Source: Pavona decussata (Eukaryota). Taken from it: a stretch of DNA of 64,000 bases. The stretch spans positions 806,001 through 870,000 of the forward strand of contig CDRNST010000056.1 in the NCBI GenBank assembly GCA_977016875.1. Reading direction: 5' to 3'. The notes beneath the pieces are model-generated. The model was not told the DNA's origin. It made no database searches and was given only the letters and a program-made list of their open reading frames with translations. A program made the translations under genes and the position numbers. This document shows positions 48,690 to 60,925 of the stretch, piece after piece (positions within the stretch are counted from its first letter, which is position 1; the number at the start of each line of letters is the position of its first letter).

Positions 48690-49243
48690 GATCCTTGTTA
48701 TTCTTCTTCAAAAGTCCGTTACTTTTATGAAGGAATATCAATCCACGATTATCTTTGACGAAATGCCACCTGGTTTCGGTGGGAAGTAAATTGCGCGGAG
48801 CTTTAGGTGTATTGTTCTTGTTCATAACGTTGTTTTTTAAAATTCGAGATGCTCAACTGAAAGCCGCCGACCGTACAAAGAGTGACATTACTTATCGTAC
48901 AGCCCACAACGTATTCCGGAAGTGGAATTGTCACTCAGTTACTATCTTTATTTGCAAAAACATGCCAACGCAAACACGCAAAAAATTGCCTGAATTTTCC
49001 TCACGGAAACGAATAGCCTTGTTATTCTTCCTCAAAAGTCCGTTAGTTTATGAAGGAACATCAATCCTCGATTCATATGTCGATTATCTTTGACGAAATG
49101 CCACCTGGTTTTGGTGAGAAGTAAATTACGCGAAGGTTTAGGCGTATTTTTCTTGTTCACAATTTGAGATACTCAACTGAAAGCCTTATCGCCGCCAACC
49201 GTACAAAGAGTGATATCAATTCCGGAAGTGGAATTGTCACTCA
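48690..49243 (+). promoter_or_regulatory. Duplicated ~230-250-bp upstream module of the DBF4-like gene, each copy with an ETS-like TTCCGGAAGTGG
   Basis: 48690-48940 is approximately repeated at 49017-49243, with CCGGAAGT at ~48916 and ~49222. The regulatory role is inferred. Confidence 0.45.
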
Positions 49244-49367
49244 CACTAGGTGATTAACAACACCGTTTGCTGTGAAGTTTTGAAGCACACTGTTGAAAGG
49301 CAATCAGTTTTATAGGATTGTAGCAATGTGGATATGTCACTAAAAGAATTGTTCGCTTAAACTAAGC

Positions 49368-51208
49368 ATGTCGGCAAAACGAAAACAAACAGTTCAGTTT
49401 TCAAAGGACAGTGAAAAAAAAAACCACGCAAATTATCTAACGAAAATGTACTTTCGAGAAGTCCTGCCACAAGTGATCTGTTTGATCTCGATGTGGACTC
49501 ATCAGAGCCTGAACTTCTAAGCGACCTAAGCGATACGGAAAAAACTTCCATTGACGAAAAGAACAAGGATAGAATACACCTCGGAAACCCCACAACGAGC
49601 GATCTCTTCGAACAAAGCAGTAATAACGATGAAGTCAGTCCTTGGCTGAACACAAGTGACATTTTTGAGCTACAAAATGCCAGTACAAGTGCCAGTGAAA
49701 AAGACTACCAAACTAAATGTGAAAGCATTGGAGGGGAGACAAATCAGAACGAATCAGATGACTTTGGATGTGTCTCTTTGGACCATTCAGATAATGAAGA
49801 CGGAACAACAGGTAAGCAAACAACTTCATGCAATCATTAATTGTTTTAGTTTCTGTTTCATACTTAGACTATACTTAAGTAGTCTTGGTTTATACTTAAG
49901 CTTATCTGCTTGAAAAGACTGTGCGCCTTACTTTAACGGGAAAAAGGATACGCCTAAAAGTTCGACTGATTACTACGCACTGTTATAAAATGATGTTAAA
50001 CCGACCGGCCTATAGAGTTGTAGTTTAAGCGTCAAGTAAAAACAATTTTGATTTCCTAAGTAAATTTGATGGTTTAATTTGCTTGTGCCACAAACTCTGA
50101 TCTGTTACGGCTTTCCGGCCTTTACTGTATTCTGGTGTTAGACTGTCCAGAATGATTTAATAACGACTGCCGTGAATTTAATTTGAAAGTAACAGCCGCG
50201 GAGAAGCCGCCCCATGGGCTCTAGTGAACACCAATCTCTTTTTATCTTTTCGCTATAAATAAAATATGTGCTGAATTTCGTGATGCAAAATTTGTAGCTA
50301 GAACATTCGTAGTATCCACAGCAGACGAGCATGTGGGAGTAACTTCCACAATGTGAAAAATATATGGGGAATTGGGATGAAGTTTGGGGGGGATGAAAAC
50401 GACTTCTGCCCTCACCATGGGTATCAAACTCGAACGTGGACTCGAATTTTGATTCTAATTCATAGTCGAGATTTCAAGGTGCCCAGAAAAACCAAACACG
50501 ATGAATCAAAAGACAGCAATAAACAATAAAAAAAGAACTAAGAATTTGCAAGAAATTTAATAACATCTATTTTATAACAAAAATGTCGTGTTGTCGACTG
50601 ATGTTGCTTTATCCGGCACATATATGTTCTCGATGCTTTTCTGCTCCTTTGCAGAATTGGATTTAAATGAGCATGATGAAACGACCTCTGATATCAATCA
50701 GTTCAACGGAGCATTAGTGTTTGTACATTTGCCTGGTTCGACAAGGTTTAGGGAACAGCAGATTGTCAGGAATGTTAGAAGTTGTGGAGCGGAAGTCAGC
50801 CAATTTTTTCACAGGAAGATTACTCATTTTATCACCTCACGCAGATGCTTAGAGGAAGAGAGGAAAAATAAATTAACTACAAAGGAACTTTTCATAGATC
50901 CATCTTCTCGTGGAGCAAAAATACTTGGTAGAGCAAACAAAAAACAAAGCCATTCCAGCGTTTTTGAGAAAGCCAAAGATTTAGGAATTAATGTTATCTT
51001 TCTTGAAGACATGAAACCTGAATTCTTTTCGTGCAAAGATCAGCGCAAAAAAGTGACGACAATCAAATCTGACCCTCCCATATGCGCCGACAAGAACACC
51101 GCTTCGGTTGAAGTAAGAGAACTGCGACCGCCATTCTTAAAAGTAGTTGACCAAACGCAGCGCTATCGACCTTTAGTCTTGGAAATGAAGGAATGGGAAG
51201 AGTACTAG
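49368..51208 (+). CDS. Truncated DBF4/ASK-like protein (BRCT-like motif N and motif M, no motif-C zinc finger), copy 1; frame break at an A10 run
   Basis: Exons 49368-49811 and 50655-51208 (phase 1). Motifs FNGALVFVHLP..VRSCGAEVSQFFHRKITHFITS, SRGAKIL..A, SVFEKAKDLGINVIFLEDM and LRPPFLKVVDQTQRYRPLVLEM parallel the DBF4 motifs N and M. Confidence 0.8.
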
Positions 51209-52829
51209 ACACATAACCAATGCTAAGGACAGTAAAAAATGGAAAGGTGTAGATGCGTTAACTTCCAAAATGCCAACAGTTAATCAACTTATAGAAAGCA
51301 AGATAAAACAACGTAATCAATCTGAGTAGCTTTTGTGACAAAACTCATTGTATTTGATTATCTTATCTAGAGAAGCCCGTTGTTTCAGACGGAGCAAAAT
51401 TGTTGGAGTAGCCGTACCAATGCTGGCTGCGAAATGCATTCACCGAATCGGAGTTAAAGGAAGTGTGGCTTTGAAATGGTTTTTTTAAGTGTACTTGTTT
51501 AAGCCAAATAATTTTTCGCTGGTCACGCGAACAAGAAATCTGACTTAATCATTGTTCTATGAGTGACTAAGTCAACCTTCCTACTTTTTTCACAACGACA
51601 TTTCCGTTTTTAAAAGAGTTTCTATGTATCGAGCTGTAAATCTGATTTAACTGTGATAATTGGTTACAACTGGCTCACCAAAATGTTTTTAATATTGGTT
51701 AAAAGTGATCAGCATCAAATTTCTCCTTGAAATATAAATGAAAACAGAATGGTCATTAGATTTACGGACATGACCACACAAGATGAATTTGCTTGATATT
51801 TTATTACCTTCTCCCCACCACTTCTGTAGGAAATGAATAGGCGCAGCAAATGAGATTTCAAATTTTGATCTTACGGTATAAAGGGTTAAAACAGAGATGA
51901 ATAGTCAATTTATAATTCAGTACATGTATTTTTCCTCACCGCAAAGCGTCAGTTATACAGTGAAAGGCTGCAGTTTGATATTTATCAGTGATTAATGAGC
52001 AGTGATCGATATTGTGACCCAATAGCTTTCCGTGATTCACTTCGGCCGATGTCGATATTTTCATCTTCCTTCTGAATCGTAGTGCTTTCAAAAAACAATA
52101 AATAGTGCAATAAAAATTCGTTTTTCGTATATATTGCTCTATTACAATTGAGAGTTCTCACATTTCCGACATTGAGAGGAGTAGATATATTGAACAATAC
52201 AATGTTCGTGCGTAACCAAACACCTTTTGATTTATTTTATCATCCACTGTTCTGAAGAAATAGATACAAGAACATATGATTGATGATTGCACTCCGAAAT
52301 CAATTTTTCAAGAACTTAGTTTAAATGCATTTTCATTTCTTGGTCGTGGTCACATCAAGTCATAGAACCAACTCAAAATTTTTGAAAGGGGTGGTCCTAG
52401 AGCGCCGAGTTCCACAGATTGTTTTGTATGAGGCGGGCGATCGTCAGAATTAAGGCTAAAATATCCTACATAAGTATTTCATTAACTATTAGTGAATTGG
52501 CCCAATACCACTTTTCCTCGAATTTATTCATTCTAGGTGACGGCCACCGCTCGAGTTTCGCGTCCCAGTTTAATATTCCTAGGACTGTAAGATTGCCTTA
52601 CAAGCCTATTATTGAGCTCTCAAGGCTATCTCCAGTAAAAGGTATGTCTACTAAACCATTTATATTTTACTATTGAAAGTTTTTTTAGTGATCTCACCCA
52701 AACAGAGAGGCTATTCAGTTTTAAGTAGTTAGTTAAGAATATGAATCGGAAATAGGTAATTGTGTGTACAATTTGTTAAATACCTCACTGGGTTTATATC
52801 AATTTTAATACAGCTTTGATTAATTTCAG

Positions 52830-53891
52830 TGCACTCACACAACTGCTGTTCTCGTGAATGCCTTCGCAAAATGGACTTTGCAGATATTCTTATATGCAGA
52901 AGGAAATATTCAACGATGTCCTATTTCAACCAGAAGCAGTGGATACTAGATTACTTATGGGACCACTCGAATCAAACAAGGTAAAAGAAGCACCAAAACG
53001 CCCTCTTGGCCTTTTAATTCAGTAACAGCTGCAAAACCCCATGTTGTGAGGCTGGGGGCAAGGGACGAATGCCCGGAGAGGATGGGTACGCTTGGAATTG
53101 ACTGAGTCATAACGCAGGCGATCCTTTCCACGGTGACAACAGTACTACAGATACTAGTTATGCCACGATTTCGAATGATATACCATGGAATATCCCACGA
53201 GTTACTTGTATTTTCTCGGTATACACACAAGCCTTTTACAAGCGATAATTAAGATATTCCACGTATATCACGAGAAAGCGTCCCATAACTATTTTATACC
53301 ATGCCATAGAAAGACAGTAGGCAGCACTTAGAAAGTGGGCATGCGCGCAGACATCATTTTGAATGGTTTTGAACTTGCTTCCTATTGTCTAAGATGACAA
53401 CGTGCCATTTTTTTAGTAGTTCACAGTGTTTTTTGTACAACCGGTCGTAGCATATCAGAACAATGGGGTGATGACTAGTAAAGGAATGTTTTACAATGTA
53501 TTTTTATTTTGTTTACATGTTGTACGGAAATGTTGCTGCCATGCCCTTTTATGTGCGTGGCCATGAGACTTGCATGGATGCCTGGAAAGCGGCAACAAGA
53601 GCGTAGACGATACCTTGAAAATTTATGTGAGTGGCGTCGTTGCCATTGACCCGGACACCCACGTAAGCACCGTGGATCAAAGCCCCAAAACAAAGATAGC
53701 TAAGGCTTGGATATGACTTTTCGTCAACAGAATTGGAGACAGAATGCCGGATACATTGGCCATAAACCTACCCAGCTATCTTGACAAACGCATCATCCAC
53801 GGTTATTTGACAGATGAATTATCCACTCTTGGAGAGAAAACAATTTGCTATTCCCAGTTTTGTCGCCTAATGAAGTCTGAATTCCCAGATG
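52830..53891 (+). pseudogene. 5' part of a second, spliced Sola-type transposase, cut at the array junction, copy 1
   Basis: Exon 52830-52980 gives CCSRECLRKM..I..CRRKY..Q.QWILDYLWDH. Region 53600-53891 gives KTKIAKAWI*LFVNRIGDRMPD..INLPSYLDK..IH.Y...ICYSQFCRLMKSEFPDV, comparable to VSYKKFRQLWHEFYPDV in ORF 2460-4307. TGA at 53714. Confidence 0.72.
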
Positions 53892-55238
53892 TTATTATAT
53901 ATTGTATTTAGGATGCAAGGCTGTTGCCTAGCAGGTTTCCGGTAGTCTGGGACACCCAAGGTACTGTTTTTGGTGCCCAGTAAATGTTTTTCCTAACATT
54001 TAACTTTTCTCAGGCTGGGCTCATAACTTCTCAGTTTTTGGCCTTGTGGGCTCCTTTAAATTTTTCTAAGGCAGAAGCCTTGAAATTTATTCACAAAATT
54101 CACAATATGAACACTATAATTGGAGTATCAAAAGATTCAACTTCATTTTTCTTATTTAAAATTAAAGTAAATATTCAAGACATACTGTCAGAAGAACAGC
54201 TTCTTTAGTAGACAAGTATTAAAATATTTGGTCATTGTAATATATATTCTTAGTCAATTATAGTACTTCATTTATAAGGTATCTGCACCTTAAAGTAAAT
54301 GTGATGCACAATTTGCTATCACATGTGAAATATAGACCACTTTTTTCAGATTTTTGTTTTATCCTACTATTATTTGGCAAGAATAATAATCAAACAAATG
54401 ACAAGTTTGTTTACCTTTAACACTTCCCTTCTCATTTCTTGTTGTGTGCAGGGAATCTTTGGGCTGTGCAAAAAAAAAAAGCAAAAACAATTAGGGTTTG
54501 CAAACAGATCAGTTCCAAAAACTTTTTCAAAAACTAAAGTATTATAAACATAAATCAGTGCAGACATACCTGATCGACGGATGTAGGTTGTGAAACATTT
54601 GGAGGTGGCTTCGACTGCAAAACATGCACTTGGATTTTATCCTTGTGTTCAATGTTTTGAACGGTAACATCGACCCACTCCCCCCAGTCTTCTTCATACT
54701 TTTGGAAAATTATCCGTGCTTCACTGTCCAGGCTAAAACACTCTTTAACTTTTACAGCAACATCTTCATTTTGATGAAGGTCAAGAACCTTACGGCTTTC
54801 TTCGTATTGAAATAAAACCTGTAGGAAATCAAAGAAGAGAACAGCTCATGACCTGACCTTTCCGCATCATTACCCATGCATACCATTTGAATTTCAATGG
54901 AAATTAAATGTAAATAATACATCCAAACAATAGAAAACAAATTACTTGATTCAGATTGAATATCAATTGCAGTGGATGGTAAAGTAAAAGCATGATATGC
55001 GTGGATTCAAACCACTGTTACGTACCTTTCTTTCGCCTTCCGCCATCTTGGAAGTTCCATGTGAAGTACTAGTGCCCAGTTCCACTCTTGCCCGAGGTGG
55101 GGACGGGAACCGCGGTCGAAAACAGTCAAATGCACCACCCCCAGGGGACAGCTTGTTGTTCAAAAGTGATTCGATGCCCCTATTTTCCCCCACCCTTCCC
55201 CGGGACCTGGGGGGTGGGGGTTTCAATTGACTGGTGCA
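53892..55238 (-). mobile_element. Duplicated right end of the Zator-like element (ORF1 exons 1-3 and TIR 55186-55238)
   Basis: Copy of 46858-48204. Confidence 0.92.
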
Positions 55239-56401
55239 TTACTGCCGGGTGCGGAGTGTTTTGAAAATGATGTCCGGCAGTAACCAAAAACACGCAAATA
55301 ATTTCCAAGTCTGATGATGCATAGAATGCGGAGCGGTCAGAGAAATCGACACAACAAATTCAGAACTGTAATCGACAACTTCTTCGCGATGCAAACAAAA
55401 ATAGCATTGCATAAATAGACTATTTTGCGTGCAAAGACCCGAAATTGAGAAATTATCGGACTGCCGGAGACGGAGTATTTTCAAAATCCTGTCCGGCTGC
55501 CGGACATCTAGACACAGCGTTTAATTAATACTAGTACTTCCAAGATCTCTGAGTGTGGGTATACTTAAAGTCAATATGAGCCAGAATTCGCAAAACTCTT
55601 TAGTGGCTTGTTACTTTAAATCATAATCGAACTTTGAACAAAGCAAAAACTTGCGGTTTTTTACCTTAAGTTTCTCATCTTTTGTGTCGCTTCTCATTAC
55701 ATCAACACTGACAACGTGCCCAAGATCCTTGTTATTCTTCTTCAAAAGTCTGTTACTTTTATGAAGGAATATCAATCCACGATTATCTTTGACGAAATGC
55801 CACCTGGTTTCGGTGGGAAGTAAATTGCGCGGAGCTTTAGGTGTATTGTTCTTGTTCATAACGTTGTTTTTTAAAATTCGAGATGCTCAACTGAAAGCCG
55901 CCGACCGTACAAAGAGTGACATTACTTATCGTACAGCCCACAACGTATTCCGGAAGTGGAATTGTCACTCAGTTACTATCTTTATTTGCAAAAACATGCC
56001 AACGCAAACACGCAAAAAATTGCCTGAATTTTCCTCACGGAAACGAATAGCCTTGTTATTCTTCCTCAAAAGTCCGTTAGTTTATGAAGGAACATCAATC
56101 CTCGATTCATATGTCGATTATCTTTGACGAAATGCCACCTGGTTTTGGTGAGAAGTAAATTACGCGAAGGTTTAGGCGTATTTTTCTTGTTCACAATTTG
56201 AGATACTCAACTGAAAGCCTTATCGCCGCCAACCGTACAAAGAGTGATATCAATTCCGGAAGTGGAATTGTCACTCACACTAGGTGATTAACAACACCGT
56301 TTGCTGTGAAGTTTTGAAGCACACTGTTGAAAGGCAATCAGTTTTATAGGATTGTAGCAATGTGGATATGTCACTAAAAGAATTGTTCGCTTAAACTAAG
56401 C

Positions 56402-58242
56402 ATGTCGGCAAAACGAAAACAAACAGTTCAGTTTTCAAAGGACAGTGAAAAAAAAAACCACGCAAATTATCTAACGAAAATGTACTTTCGAGAAGTCCTG
56501 CCACAAGTGATCTGTTTGATCTCGATGTGGACTCATCAGAGCCTGAACTTCTAAGCGACCTAAGCGATACGGAAAAAACTTCCATTGACGAAAAGAACAA
56601 GGATAGAATACACCTCGGAAACCCCACAACGAGCGATCTCTTCGAACAAAGCAGTAATAACGATGAAGTCAGTCCTTGGCTGAACACAAGTGACATTTTT
56701 GAGCTACAAAATGCCAGTACAAGTGCCAGTGAAAAAGACTACCAAACTAAATGTGAAAGCATTGGAGGGGAGACAAATCAGAACGAATCAGATGACTTTG
56801 GATGTGTCTCTTTGGACCATTCAGATAATGAAGACGGAACAACAGGTAAGCAAACAACTTCATGCAATCATTAATTGTTTTAGTTTCTGTTTCATACTTA
56901 GACTATACTTAAGTAGTCTTGGTTTATACTTAAGCTTATCTGCTTGAAAAGACTGTGCGCCTTACTTTAACGGGAAAAAGGATACGCCTAAAAGTTCGAC
57001 TGATTACTACGCACTGTTATAAAATGATGTTAAACCGACCGGCCTATAGAGTTGTAGTTTAAGCGTCAAGTAAAAACAATTTTGATTTCCTAAGTAAATT
57101 TGATGGTTTAATTTGCTTGTGCCACAAACTCTGATCTGTTACGGCTTTCCGGCCTTTACTGTATTCTGGTGTTAGACTGTCCAGAATGATTTAATAACGA
57201 CTGCCGTGAATTTAATTTGAAAGTAACAGCCGCGGAGAAGCCGCCCCATGGGCTCTAGTGAACACCAATCTCTTTTTATCTTTTCGCTATAAATAAAATA
57301 TGTGCTGAATTTCGTGATGCAAAATTTGTAGCTAGAACATTCGTAGTATCCACAGCAGACGAGCATGTGGGAGTAACTTCCACAATGTGAAAAATATATG
57401 GGGAATTGGGATGAAGTTTGGGGGGGATGAAAACGACTTCTGCCCTCACCATGGGTATCAAACTCGAACGTGGACTCGAATTTTGATTCTAATTCATAGT
57501 CGAGATTTCAAGGTGCCCAGAAAAACCAAACACGATGAATCAAAAGACAGCAATAAACAATAAAAAAAGAACTAAGAATTTGCAAGAAATTTAATAACAT
57601 CTATTTTATAACAAAAATGTCGTGTTGTCGACTGATGTTGCTTTATCCGGCACATATATGTTCTCGATGCTTTTCTGCTCCTTTGCAGAATTGGATTTAA
57701 ATGAGCATGATGAAACGACCTCTGATATCAATCAGTTCAACGGAGCATTAGTGTTTGTACATTTGCCTGGTTCGACAAGGTTTAGGGAACAGCAGATTGT
57801 CAGGAATGTTAGAAGTTGTGGAGCGGAAGTCAGCCAATTTTTTCACAGGAAGATTACTCATTTTATCACCTCACGCAGATGCTTAAAGGAAGAGAGGAAA
57901 AATAAATTAACTACAAAGGAACTTTTCATAGATCCATCTTCTCGTGGAGCAAAAATACTTGGTAGAGCAAACAAAAAACAAAGCCATTCCAGCGTTTTTG
58001 AGAAAGCCAAAGATTTAGGAATTAATGTTATCTTTCTTGAAGACATGAAACCTGAATTCTTTTCGTGCAAAGATCAGCGCAAAAAAGTGACGACAATCAA
58101 ATCTGACCCTCCCATATGCGCCGACAAGAACACCGCTTCGGTTGAAGTAAGAGAACTGCGACCGCCATTCTTAAAAGTAGTTGACCAAACGCAGCGCTAT
58201 CGACCTTTAGTCTTGGAAATGAAGGAATGGGAAGAGTACTAG
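56402..58242 (+). CDS. Truncated DBF4-like gene, copy 2
   Basis: Copy 1 shifted by 7034, with one E>K change (57886). Confidence 0.8.
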
Positions 58243-59863
58243 ACACATAACCAATGCTAAGGACAGTAAAAAATGGAAAGGTGTAGATGCGTTAACTTCC
58301 AAAATGCCAACAGTTAATCAACTTATAGAAAGCAAGATAAAACAACGTAATCAATCTGAGTAGCTTTTGTGACAAAACTCATTGTATTTGATTATCTTAT
58401 CTAGAGAAGCCCGTTGTTTCAGACGGAGCAAAATTGTTGGAGTAGCCGTACCAATGCTGGCTGCGAAATGCATTCACCGAATCGGAGTTAAAGGAAGTGT
58501 GGCTTTGAAATGGTTTTTTTAAGTGTACTTGTTTAAGCCAAATAATTTTTCGCTGGTCACGCGAACAAGAAATCTGACTTAATCATTGTTCTATGAGTGA
58601 CTAAGTCAACCTTCCTACTTTTTTCACAACGACATTTCCGTTTTTAAAAGAGTTTCTATGTATCGAGCTGTAAATCTGATTTAACTGTGATAATTGGTTA
58701 CAACTGGCTCACCAAAATGTTTTTAATATTGGTTAAAAGTGATCAGCATCAAATTTCTCCTTGAAATATAAATGAAAACAGAATGGTCATTAGATTTACG
58801 GACATGACCACACAAGATGAATTTGCTTGATATTTTATTACCTTCTCCCCACCACTTCTGTAGGAAATGAATAGGCGCAGCAAATGAGATTTCAAATTTT
58901 GATCTTACGGTATAAAGGGTTAAAACAGAGATGAATAGTCAATTTATAATTCAGTACATGTATTTTTCCTCACCGCAAAGCGTCAGTTATACAGTGAAAG
59001 GCTGCAGTTTGATATTTATCAGTGATTAATGAGCAGTGATCGATATTGTGACCCAATAGCTTTCCGTGATTCACTTCGGCCGATGTCGATATTTTCATCT
59101 TCCTTCTGAATCGTAGTGCTTTCAAAAAACAATAAATAGTGCAATAAAAATTCGTTTTTCGTATATATTGCTCTATTACAATTGAGAGTTCTCACATTTC
59201 CGACATTGAGAGGAGTAGATATATTGAACAATACAATGTTCGTGCGTAACCAAACACCTTTTGATTTATTTTATCATCCACTGTTCTGAAGAAATAGATA
59301 CAAGAACATATGATTGATGATTGCACTCCGAAATCAATTTTTCAAGAACTTAGTTTAAATGCATTTTCATTTCTTGGTCGTGGTCACATCAAGTCATAGA
59401 ACCAACTCAAAATTTTTGAAAGGGGTGGTCCTAGAGCGCCGAGTTCCACAGATTGTTTTGTATGAGGCGGGCGATCGTCAGAATTAAGGCTAAAATATCC
59501 TACATAAGTATTTCATTAACTATTAGTGAATTGGCCCAATACCACTTTTCCTCGAATTTATTCATTCTAGGTGACGGCCACCGCTCGAGTTTCGCGTCCC
59601 AGTTTAATATTCCTAGGACTGTAAGATTGCCTTACAAGCCTATTATTGAGCTCTCAAGGCTATCTCCAGTAAAAGGTATGTCTACTAAACCATTTATATT
59701 TTACTATTGAAAGTTTTTTTAGTGATCTCACCCAAACAGAGAGGCTATTCAGTTTTAAGTAGTTAGTTAAGAATATGAATCGGAAATAGGTAATTGTGTG
59801 TACAATTTGTTAAATACCTCACTGGGTTTATATCAATTTTAATACAGCTTTGATTAATTTCAG

Positions 59864-60925
59864 TGCACTCACACAACTGCTGTTCTCGTGAATGCCTTCG
59901 CAAAATGGACTTTGCAGATATTCTTATATGCAGAAGGAAATATTCAACGATGTCCTATTTCAACCAGAAGCAGTGGATACTAGATTACTTATGGGACCAC
60001 TCGAATCAAACAAGGTAAAAGAAGCACCAAAACGCCCTCTTGGCCTTTTAATTCAGTAACAGCTGCAAAACCCCATGTTGTGAGGCTGGGGGCAAGGGAC
60101 GAATGCCCGGAGAGGATGGGTACGCTTGGAATTGACTGAGTCATAACGCAGGCGATCCTTTCCACGGTGACAACAGTACTACAGATACTAGTTATGCCAC
60201 GATTTCGAATGATATACCATGGAATATCCCACGAGTTACTTGTATTTTCTCGGTATACACACAAGCCTTTTACAAGCGATAATTAAGATATTCCACGTAT
60301 ATCACGAGAAAGCGTCCCATAACTATTTTATACCATGCCATAGAAAGACAGTAGGCAGCACTTAGAAAGTGGGCATGCGCGCAGACATCATTTTGAATGG
60401 TTTTGAACTTGCTTCCTATTGTCTAAGATGACAACGTGCCATTTTTTTAGTAGTTCACAGTGTTTTTTGTACAACCGGTCGTAGCATATCAGAACAATGG
60501 GGTGATGACTAGTAAAGGAATGTTTTACAATGTATTTTTATTTTGTTTACATGTTGTACGGAAATGTTGCTGCCATGCCCTTTTATGTGCGTGGCCATGA
60601 GACTTGCATGGATGCCTGGAAAGCGGCAACAAGAGCGTAGACGATACCTTGAAAATTTATGTGAGTGGCGTCGTTGCCATTGACCCGGACACCCACGTAA
60701 GCACCGTGGATCAAAGCCCCAAAACAAAGATAGCTAAGGCTTGGATATGACTTTTCGTCAACAGAATTGGAGACAGAATGCCGGATACATTGGCCATAAA
60801 CCTACCCAGCTATCTTGACAAACGCATCATCCACGGTTATTTGACAGATGAATTATCCACTCTTGGAGAGAAAACAATTTGCTATTCCCAGTTTTGTCGC
60901 CTAATGAAGTCTGAATTCCCAGATG
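59864..60925 (+). pseudogene. Sola-type transposase 5' fragment, copy 2
   Basis: Copy 1 shifted by 7034. Confidence 0.72.

Noticed and set aside
49368-51208. Assigning the gene symbol DBF4
   Set aside because: It lacks motif C, has a frame break and sits in TE context, so it is unlikely to be the orthologue.
46858-53891. 7-kb unit as an LTR or Helitron tandem
   Set aside because: There are no LTR, RT or Rep/helicase signatures. Both boundaries fall inside other elements, consistent with segmental duplication.
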